A DNA stretch of 42,896 nt, taken from assembly GCA_032718475.1 (NCBI GenBank), contig JAUCBJ010006970.1:1-42896 (forward strand), in the 5' to 3' direction. This stretch comes from Nemertoderma westbladi. Taxonomy: Eukaryota > Animalia > Xenacoelomorpha. The translations under genes were made by a program, and so were the position numbers. The notes under the pieces were generated by a model. It was not told the DNA's origin, did no database searches, and saw nothing but the letters and a program-made list of their open reading frames with translations. This document shows, piece after piece, positions 34,226 through 42,896 of the stretch; position 1 is the stretch's first letter, and each line of letters starts with the position of its first letter.

Positions 34226-35323
34226 ATATACTATATATTATATTTCTTTAAATAGCAAACTCTGTCTTGTATTTATAGTTAATTAAGAATAAGTTGGTGA
34301 GGGTTGAACCAACGTTGGTACAAAACTCTGATAAAGTTTTCTAACAACCGAGGTTATACCCCCAGAGATAGACTTTATAATTCTTTATAATCAACTCACT
34401 CACTTCACTATTTTATTGAACCAGTGTTTCACCACCACTCTGTTTCGTTTTGTTACTATTGTATAAATGTGCATTGATTAAATAAGTAAGTCAGTGAATA
34501 ATACAGTTCTTTGTTCAAACAATAAATAGAAACACCCATTTACCCTTTGTGTCTTAATCATCGATTTATATTTGTGTATATATTTATTTATTTAGCTTAT
34601 TTTATACGATTATGTTTGTCTTACTATAACAACGGGTTTGGTGCGCGGAAAAGTTAGAAACAATCGATTGAGGCGTTGCCCTGAATGGCTTTATGTGTTT
34701 CTTGACAACGAGAGTTTAAGTTAGAACGGAAGATTGTTATAAAATGTGCTGTTATTCATGGCTTGGCTGTGTCTAATTACACATGTGTTGAATTGTAATT
34801 ATATTTCTGAAGCTGCAATATGTGATGTTTTGGCATAATTAGTTACTTAAATGTTAATTCAATGGTAGTTTAATATCTCTTAGTTTATTGCAATTTCATT
34901 TTTGATGAGGGTTAAACCTCCCAATTAATTGTATTTTAAACAGGACTCGATTTCTACAGCAGTTCCGCAGAAATTGATTTCGAATTTACTAATTCTGTTG
35001 AATTAATTTGAAATAAACACCCTGCTGAGATAATTTGCCATTTATACAATTATTTTGATTTTCAATATGTAAATATAAATATCGTAAATAATTGTTAATC
35101 TGTTAGCGGATCCAGTCCGCTAAGCACCTCCAACCAATAAAATGGGGTGGGGGGGGGGCAATTTAACAAGTTGGCAACCGAGGTATATCCAATAAGGCAT
35201 ACTAACCAAGGGATGAATCAATGACCAACCGAGGTGGACTGACAATCCACCTCGATGAGTAAGACCAGCAAGGCTAAGGGAGGCAGGTTTACGGGGTGAT
35301 ATAGTGTATGGGAGGGCTCCATA

Positions 35324-35643
35324 CGGTGGTGATTTGCGGCCTTTTTTTTTACCTTTCATTCTGAAACTCATTACTCTTTCCACTTTTTTAAAAACTCATT
35401 ACTCCTTCCAGATAAGTAACTGATTGCTCACACTATCATACCGGTTCCATATTGCACAAACTGACATAGAGCGCTACACTGTATTTGCGTGACTACAGTT
35501 AGGTCTAAATCTATTCAGATGGACGGACATGGACATGAATGATCTTCACCTTTCTTTTTGAAAAGTGGGAAGAATAATTAATCAAAATATATAATTAAAT
35601 AATAGTATCAAAATGAAAGGTGAAAGGCCGCAAATCACCACCG
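35324..35643. mobile_element. Tc1/mariner-type MITE, 320 bp
   Basis: TIRs CGGTGGTGATTTGCGGCCTTT...ACCTTTCATT and AATGAAAGGTGAAAGGCCGCAAATCACCACCG, flanked by TA at 35322-35323 and 35644-35645. Confidence 0.85.
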
Positions 35644-36606
35644 TAGCTCCATCTGTTAGATTTAGCTGTATCGTCCATGACAGACCGTAGCTCCATCTGT
35701 TAGATTAAGCTGTATCGACCATGACAGACCGTAGCTCCATCTATTAGATTAAACTGTATCGACTATGACAGACCGTAGCTCCATCTGTTAGATTAATCTG
35801 TATCGTCCATGACAGACCGTAGCTCCATCTGTTAGATTAAGCTGTATCGACCATGACAGACCGTAGCTCCATCTATTAGATTAAACTGTATCGACTATGA
35901 CAGACCGTAGCTCCATCTGTTAGATTAAGCTGTATCGACCATGACAGACCGTAGCTCCTCCATCTGTTAGATTAATCTGTATCGACCATGACAGACCGTA
36001 GCTCCATCTGTTAGATTAAACTGTATCGACTATGACAGACCGTAGCTCCATCTGTTAGATTAAGCTGTATCGACCATGACAGACCGTAGCTCCATCTGTT
36101 AGATTAAGCTGTATCGACCATGACAGACCGTAGCTCCATCTATTAGATTAAACTGTATCGACCATGACAGACCGTAGCTCCATCTGTTAGATTAAGCTGT
36201 ATCGACCATGACAGACCGTAGCTCCATCTGTTAGATTAAGCTGTATCGACCATGACAGACCGTAGCTCCATCTGTATCGACCATGACAGACCGTAGCTCC
36301 ATCTGTTAGATTAATCTGTATCGACCATGACAGACCGTAGCTCCATCTGTTAGATTAAACTGTATCGACCATGACAGACCGTAGCTCCATCTGTTAGATT
36401 AAGCTGTATCGACCATGACAGACCGTAGCTCCATCTGTTAGATTAAGCTGTATCGACCATGACAGACCGTAGCTCCATCTGTTAGATTAAACTGTATCGA
36501 CTATGACAGACCGTAGCTCCATCTGTTAGATTAAGCTGTATCGACCATGACAGACCGTAGCTCCATCTGTTAGATTAAGCTGTATCGACCATGACAGACC
36601 GTAGCC
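35640..36606. repeat. 44-bp tandem repeat, ~22 copies
   Basis: Unit CCGTAGCTCCATCTGTTAGATTAAGCTGTATCGACCATGACAGA, highly homogeneous, with one shortened unit near 36261-36290. Confidence 0.97.
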
Positions 36607-38356
36607 CAAAAATATTGTAATTTACTTTTTTTACCGGGAAAAAAGTAAAATCAATGCAATCCTATGGGTTACTTTTTTACCTAGGGGAAAAAAGTGAAAC
36701 TTTATCTCCCGATTTTGGGGTATATTCGAGCGAAAAAGTAACAATTTTAAGAATAAAATACATAGGGCCCTACCGTATTCAACTATTTGCCGCTCTGCTC
36801 TTACATCCACATATGGCATTCAATATACACAGTGGGGCTCAACTGGTTTTATGGCATGAAGGTATGACCCCGTCTATGAAAACTACTGTACTTTATTGAG
36901 CTTAGTTGGTCTCGTAATGTAAAAAATAACAAAAATTAGAATATTTCTTGTGTGGCTTTTTATATTAATACTATTGAAGTAATTATTTAATACCAATCAT
37001 ATTACTTAATATCATCATACATTTCAATCATACATATATGTACCCCCAACATATAAACATGTTTATTTTGCTCCTTTGGTGTCACATTGTTTAAGATATA
37101 AAAAACATGTGTGGCTTTTAATATTAATGCTATTTAATTGTTTATTTAATACTAAATATTATTACCTACTGTATATCAAAAGATTCGCAATTCCTCCAAA
37201 CCAATTTTTTGATATGAAAAATTAATTCGCTATCAGACATACCCGTCTGATGATAACCGAAAGTTTGATACCTAGGTACCGGGTTCGAGCCCCAATAGGG
37301 TCGGTTGATATTTTTCGCTATGGAGAACATTATCATAACATACACCATAACCCTTAATACAACAACCATTTTTAGGGTGTGGAAAAGCAGCAACAAAATG
37401 TTCTAAATCGTCGACTTAGATCGGAATCAGTTATTACCGGTAATTAAAGTGTCCTAGTACAGCAATTAGGCAGAATAAAGTCCTATTCAGTTATTATTTT
37501 ACTACCGGTATATATATGGTGGAGGGATCACATAAGTCTGAGACCTGCTCTTATGTGGAGGGACCGGGATCGGTACCCATAAATAATTAATAAAAGTACT
37601 GGTACAATATGTACAACGAATGTAATATGTGAGAATTGGGGATTATTGTTTATCCTTCTTAGTTTTTTTGGTTTCTATTTTTTTTTTTCCTATGTTAACC
37701 CTCTGCGTACCAATTTTCGTTGTTATACATGATACTATACCTTCCCTGGACTGCCCCAATATTTTTGTTACCGCCAAGTGGTATGACGGCACCTTTTATA
37801 TCTTAGAAAACTATACCTATACCAAGTGAACCAAATTGTTATATATATATGTTTATTGACTAATATCCGACAAAAGACATTATTATCATTAAATATTTGA
37901 CATATTATGAATAATATACATTATGTTTACCAAAAAGCCTCACCAGGGCCACCCCAATGTTTTCGCTATCTTTTATTTTTTGCCTATTGCCATATTTATA
38001 TATACCTCATATACCATATACCCTATAAACCAGTTCGGTACTTGGTGTTCTTGTTGCCGTTTCTTTTTTGCCATAAATGAACCAAATCTCCATTTATATT
38101 TATGTGTGTATACTCTTGTTTCCAAGGTTAAATGAACCAAGGTAAACCCTACTTATATTAAGTTATGAATATTACGTTTATCCTACTATTAAGGCGCCTT
38201 TGATACTTTATTTCTAGGCCAGATATATAACAAAATTTATATGACGTCAGCTGTAGACATTACTATATTTTTAGCACATATTCTAGTATATTGGTGTAAC
38301 AGCTGAAAAGCATATACAGTATACTGCTCTAAGTGACTTCCTAACAATCTCACTGG

Positions 38357-41300
38357 ATGCACTCAAGCTCTAATAACTTACATTGTTACTTTTGTTTTTC
38401 TGAAATTACTCCAGCGGAATATATTTTTTATTGTGCTTTATGTCGTAACTCCTTTCATATTCAATGTGGCACACACCTCTCAGGTGACGATCTCTGTGAC
38501 ACTAATGATTTACAGTATCATTTTTGTATTTTCTGTAATGCTACAATTTTTCCCTTCGTTAATATCGATACTGACGATTACGATATCTTTGATAATAAAG
38601 AGATAGAAGAGGAACTAACCAGCTCTATAATTAACAACATTAATCAAACTTTTAGCCACATAGACCCTGACGAAAATATTACAAATTTAAATATAGATAA
38701 AGGTACTGTAACTGAAAATCAATTTAACTCTATTTTGGAGAATTCCCCATCTGTAACAATGTCGGTTTTTCATTTAAACTGTCGTAGCTTGCCAAAAAAC
38801 TTTTCAGCCATTACAGATTTTTTACTTTCACTAAATCATACTTTCGAAGTACTCACTTTTACGGAAACATTTTTATCCACAGACACTCCCACTGACTTAT
38901 TGAAAATTAATGGTTATGATGGTCCGTTTTATGATTGCCGGGTTCTACCAAATACAGTGAAAATTAGTAAGAAAAAACTTAAAAGAGGCGGCACTGCAAT
39001 TTATTTCAAAGAATCTATTAATTTTGATATGAAACCTGAACTGAGGATCGAGGGTTTTGAAAACTCATGGGTTCAACTACATCGACCAAACAAGAGGCCG
39101 CTGGTAATAGGCACAATCTATCGTCCAAATTCTGTTGAGCTACCATATTTCCTTACAAAACTTGAAAAAACAATTACAGAACTAAATAAATCAAATTGTG
39201 ATATAATTTTAACGGCAAAACTTGAAAAAACAATTACAGAACTAAATAAATCAAATTGTGATATAATTTTAACGGGCGATTTTAATGTAGATTTATTAAA
39301 AACAACCAAACAGTCCAAAGAATATATCGATATAATGAATTCCATCGGCCTCGTGCAACTTATTAGCCAACCAACACGTGTCACCCCATGGAGTAGAACC
39401 AATATTGACCACATATTTACAAATATAACTTCTTCGGTTTCTCAATCCGGTACATTTTTTACTAAAGTTGGCACATCAGACCATAAGCCTACGTTCATCA
39501 CTTTCCAAAATTATCACAACTATTTTAAAACTACCAAAACGACCACTTTTTTTGATTATTCAAAATTCAATTGTAATAATTTTATGCGTGATCTAAACTG
39601 CCCTGATACATGGACGTATACTGATCCATCCATTCCAAATAACTGTAAATTAGACCAATTTTATACTGATTTGGAGAAGGTCTGTCTTAAACATGCTGCC
39701 CCGAAAACACTTAAGCCCAAAGAAATTCCAACGAAACCTTGGATGACTCCTAATTTAGTTAAAAGAACAATAATTAAGAATGACCTTTACCGCGCTTTCA
39801 TAAAAAATCCCACAGTAGTAAACGAACTAGCTTTTAAAAGGTACCGAAATATTTTAACCTCTGTTCTTCGGGAGGCTGAGAAAAACTATTATAAAACCCA
39901 GTTTGAAAAATGTTCCAATAATAATCGCAAAACTTGGCGTATAATAAACTCAGCCCTAAACAAAAGTGGGAAATCGGCCGCTCCAAAAAAACTGACTGTG
40001 ATAACAGGCGATGTGATCGAAACCCTAACTGACCCGAAACAAATTTCCCAGGCATTCAATAATCACTTTTCCACTGTTGGTTCAAATTTATCCCAGGAAA
40101 TACCCAAATCTAATCGGTCTCCCTTACGGCATATCTCACATAATGGCCCACAATCTTTTGTACTAACAGAAACATCGCCAGTTGAAATTCAATATCACTT
40201 ACTACATATCAAAACGTCATCTTCCTCTAACGATATATTTTCAACCAAACTACTCTCTCTAGGCGCTCTTCCCTTATCCCATCATTTAAGTTATTTGATA
40301 AATTTGTCTATTTCCTGCGGCTTCTTCCCGAAATCCTTAAAGCGGGCGAAAGTTGTACCAGTGTTTAAGGCCGGTGACCCCACTGATAAGAACAATTATC
40401 GACCAATATCATTATTACCTATTATTAGTAAACTTTTTGAAATTATTATTAACAACCAACTTCAATCATATATAGCTAAGTTTAAAATTATTACTCAATC
40501 GCAATTTGGATTTCGTCCTAAAACTACAACGACTCATGCTCTCCTATCCATGCTTGAAAAAATATATCAAACGCTAGAAGATAAGTTGTATTCCTGTGCT
40601 ATTTATATTGACCTTAAAAAAGCGTACGATACGTTGGATCACTCTATCTTACTAAAAAAATTACAAGCATACGGTATTCGAGGGATTCCGCATATGTTAT
40701 TAACTGATTACCTTACTGACCGTGTTCAAGTAACTGTAGTCGATAATTGTCTGTCATCTGTGATGCCACTTGTCTGTGGGGTCCCTCAGGGCGCCACTTT
40801 ATCTTGTCTGTTATTCCTCCTCTACATCAACGACCTCCCAAATGCCTCCTCTCTCTTTACCACCTTATTCGCCGATGACACTACTCTCTTTTCCCAAAAT
40901 CAATCGATACAAAATCTTATTAAAAATACAAATATTGAATTAATTAAAATTAGTAATTGGCTTATAGATAACTCGCTTTCACTTAATGTTAAAAAAACCG
41001 AGCATACTTTTTTCAGTAATCGAAACAGTAATAATATTAACAGTTCGCTAACAATAAATGGCATAAATATTAAACAAACAAACGCGGCAAAGTTTCTTGG
41101 AATCTGGTTGGACTCAAAATTATCCTGGAAAATACATATTGAATATTTAATTAAAAAAATATCACGTACGGCAGGTATCTTTTACAAACTTAGGCATATT
41201 TTTCCCTCACTGATAATCAAGCGTCTATATTACTCCCTTGTACATCCTTATCTGCTCTATGGCCTTATCTTGTGGGGGAAGTCGAAAACTAGCTATATTA

Positions 41301-41707
41301 AACCACTCCGTATAAAAATTAATAAAATTATCCGATGTATTACATTCAGCCACTTCCAAGCCTCTTCAAACCCAATATATAAATCGCTTCAAATCCTGCC
41401 ATTAAATCTTTTATACACCCATCAAGTCGGCCTACTAATGTTCGATACTCAAAATAACTTATTACCATTATCTGCCACACAGTTTTCTAACTTGTTTAAA
41501 AAAATATCTACAGTACATTCTTATAATACTCGTTCATCGGCAAATCAAAACCTTTACACCCCTTTCGTTCGCTTACTAACTTCCAGACAATCCATGAATT
41601 TCCAAGGTCCTCAGGTCTGGAACTCTATTCCTTTAACAATCCGACAAATAAAATCAAAGCCTCTATTTTCCAAAAAATTTCGGGAATTCTTATTTTCTAC
41701 TATATAA
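38357..41707 (+). CDS. Intact LINE polyprotein: PHD-like finger + AP endonuclease + reverse transcriptase (CR1 group, Crack/L2-like)
   Basis: CYFC...CALC...HIQC...CIFC then IFPF. APE motifs HLNCRS, TET, GGTAIY, IYRP, GDFN, IDHI, SDH. RT motifs NYRPISLL, QFGFR, DLKKAYD, GVPQG, FADD, KFLG. C-terminal HSYNTR...GPQVWN. Confidence 0.95.
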   Translation: MHSSSNNLHCYFCFSEITPAEYIFYCALCRNSFHIQCGTHLSGDDLCDTNDLQYHFCIFCNATIFPFVNIDTDDYDIFDNKEIEEELTSSIINNINQTFSHIDPDENITNLNIDKGTVTENQFNSILENSPSVTMSVFHLNCRSLPKNFSAITDFLLSLNHTFEVLTFTETFLSTDTPTDLLKINGYDGPFYDCRVLPNTVKISKKKLKRGGTAIYFKESINFDMKPELRIEGFENSWVQLHRPNKRPLVIGTIYRPNSVELPYFLTKLEKTITELNKSNCDIILTAKLEKTITELNKSNCDIILTGDFNVDLLKTTKQSKEYIDIMNSIGLVQLISQPTRVTPWSRTNIDHIFTNITSSVSQSGTFFTKVGTSDHKPTFITFQNYHNYFKTTKTTTFFDYSKFNCNNFMRDLNCPDTWTYTDPSIPNNCKLDQFYTDLEKVCLKHAAPKTLKPKEIPTKPWMTPNLVKRTIIKNDLYRAFIKNPTVVNELAFKRYRNILTSVLREAEKNYYKTQFEKCSNNNRKTWRIINSALNKSGKSAAPKKLTVITGDVIETLTDPKQISQAFNNHFSTVGSNLSQEIPKSNRSPLRHISHNGPQSFVLTETSPVEIQYHLLHIKTSSSSNDIFSTKLLSLGALPLSHHLSYLINLSISCGFFPKSLKRAKVVPVFKAGDPTDKNNYRPISLLPIISKLFEIIINNQLQSYIAKFKIITQSQFGFRPKTTTTHALLSMLEKIYQTLEDKLYSCAIYIDLKKAYDTLDHSILLKKLQAYGIRGIPHMLLTDYLTDRVQVTVVDNCLSSVMPLVCGVPQGATLSCLLFLLYINDLPNASSLFTTLFADDTTLFSQNQSIQNLIKNTNIELIKISNWLIDNSLSLNVKKTEHTFFSNRNSNNINSSLTINGINIKQTNAAKFLGIWLDSKLSWKIHIEYLIKKISRTAGIFYKLRHIFPSLIIKRLYYSLVHPYLLYGLILWGKSKTSYIKPLRIKINKIIRCITFSHFQASSNPIYKSLQILPLNLLYTHQVGLLMFDTQNNLLPLSATQFSNLFKKISTVHSYNTRSSANQNLYTPFVRLLTSRQSMNFQGPQVWNSIPLTIRQIKSKPLFSKKFREFLFSTI

Positions 41708-42228
41708 TAATAACTATTATTATTCAGTGATGCCTGTTAATCTATATTTAAGTTACCCCCTCCGATCGCTCGATCAGTCATAATTTCAAATTAAAAATAT
41801 TAGTTGCTAAACCGTCAAACATTCAAAAATAATATACTAGATTAGGCCATCCTCTTCTTGTCTCTTTATTCATTTCGTATTTTCTTTTACTAACCACAGC
41901 AATTAATTTAACTGTGTGTTTCCTATTTTTTACTATTCCGCTGGAGTTTCTGACAAATATATATATATTTTTTTTTCCATTCAAATTTTAACATTGAAAC
42001 ATAATTTCCTGGAATACCTTAATCATAATACTATAAATACTTACATTCATTACTATTTATATATGTTGCAGTTTGAGTCACGCACTAGCTATGCTATGTG
42101 CCTTAAACTGTAGATATACTGAGCTACATAAATATTAGTTTATTTGTGCAGTAGGCCCATACACCATTATATTCTGTAATGTCTGTTATGTAAATTAAAT
42201 GATTAAATAAATGCATAAATGCATAATG
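38357..42228 (+). mobile_element. CR1-group LINE including ~0.5-kb 3' UTR; 5' end not determined
   Basis: AT-rich UTR ends in AATAAA (42206-42211) plus a short (TGCATAAA)-type repeat. No ORF1 is visible upstream. Confidence 0.7.
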
Positions 42229-42391
42229 TGAGGGGGTCGGAGCCCCCCCCCCCCCCCCTAATTTTTTTCGAATTTCAATAAAATGCTACGAAATTCGGTA
42301 TGATGATAGATCGACACCTTTTCTTACTGGTGGCCTGGCCGGATTTTTTAATTTATGAGCTATTTCGATACAACAAGCCGTTAAAAATCGT

Positions 42392-42896
42392 TTATTTTGG
42401 TAATATTTAGCCACCTCCGTGGGCTTTATTTTTCGTCTTTGGAATGTAATCTAGATATTATTAGAACCGCCTTCGTCTGTAGATTCAGAATCAGAAAGCC
42501 GTTGTAAATTTCACCAAGAACTTCCGGAGATATTATCAAAATACTAATGTGTAAATATATGTGACGTAAATCGCTATAATTCTAATGTTTTTTTTTTTAC
42601 TCAATTCTAGAATATTAATTATGGGTAATGAAAAAACAAGATGGAGAGTTTTTAAAACGCTCAGCTAAATAATAATTAATATTCTAGAATAAAGTCAACA
42701 AAACATCAGAATTATAGCGATTTACGTCTCTAAATTTACGCATTAGTATTTTGATAATATCTTTACCAATTTTTGGTTAAATTTAAAACGGTTTTCAGAT
42801 TCGGAATCTGCAGACGAAGGCGGTTCTAATGATATCTAGATTACATTTCAAAGATGTAAAATAATGTCTACGGAGGTGGTTAAACATTGCTAAATA
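42392..42896. repeat. Long imperfect inverted repeat (foldback), probably part of a non-autonomous DNA transposon; runs off the window
   Basis: Arm ~42392-42622 is the reverse complement of ~42672-42896 (e.g. TAATCTAGATATTATTAGAACCGCCTTCGTCTG vs CAGACGAAGGCGGTTCTAATGATATCTAGATTA), with a ~50-bp spacer. Confidence 0.9.

Noticed and set aside
30645-34286. Three overlapping ~1000-1200-aa ORFs (Cys/Thr/Tyr/Leu-rich)
   Set aside because: Artefact of a satellite whose + strand unit lacks stop codons in all frames; unit lengths of 24-28 bp shuffle frames, so no frame is preserved.
35640-36606. CRISPR-like appearance of regular short repeats (also 30709-34225, 8092-9430, 4380-4828)
   Set aside because: Units are contiguous with no unique spacers, there are no cas genes, and the context is eukaryotic.
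36610-37170. Short TTACTTTTT/AAAAAGTAA inverted motifs and a ~60-bp AT-rich duplication (near 36948 and 37108)
   Set aside because: Probably decayed repeat fragments; no termini or TSD could be defined.
37228-37272. CTGATGA...GAAA, resembling a hammerhead ribozyme core
   Set aside because: Only 5 nt lie between the core motifs (no stem II), and the base that must be the U of the NUH site is A; no stem I can form.
37275-37305. GGTTCGAGCCC B-box/T-loop motif suggesting a tRNA or SINE
   Set aside because: No A box, cloverleaf or acceptor stem could be built around it.

Overview
Repeat-rich eukaryotic genomic DNA, probably from an invertebrate animal; the species cannot be determined from this window. 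One recognisable host gene is present, an MXRA7-like ORF at 29514-30254 (+). Left to right: the end of a diverged LTR (1-348); a decayed APE-type non-LTR retrotransposon on the - strand (RTEX-like, ~382-7900) whose ORF1 carries a Ulp1/C48 SUMO-protease-like domain and whose 3' UTR holds a PIF/Harbinger MITE; a C-rich 36-bp minisatellite; a complete, young 17.2-kb BEL/Pao LTR retrotransposon (10089-27276, - strand, 1266-bp LTRs, TAATT TSD); several minisatellites and MITE-like elements; an intact PHD-APE-RT LINE ORF of the CR1 group (38357-41707, +); and a foldback inverted repeat running off the right edge. The most unusual observations are: (1) the BEL element has no tRNA-type PBS, but the 11 nt after its 5' LTR are complementary to a site inside the LTR, as in Tf1 self-priming; (2) it carries a non-env extra ORF with three zinc knuckles, downstream of a hairpin-dense spacer; (3) the LINE ORF1 protease; (4) direct evidence of TA-site transposon excision footprints. 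All family calls come from motif recognition by eye; no searches were run.
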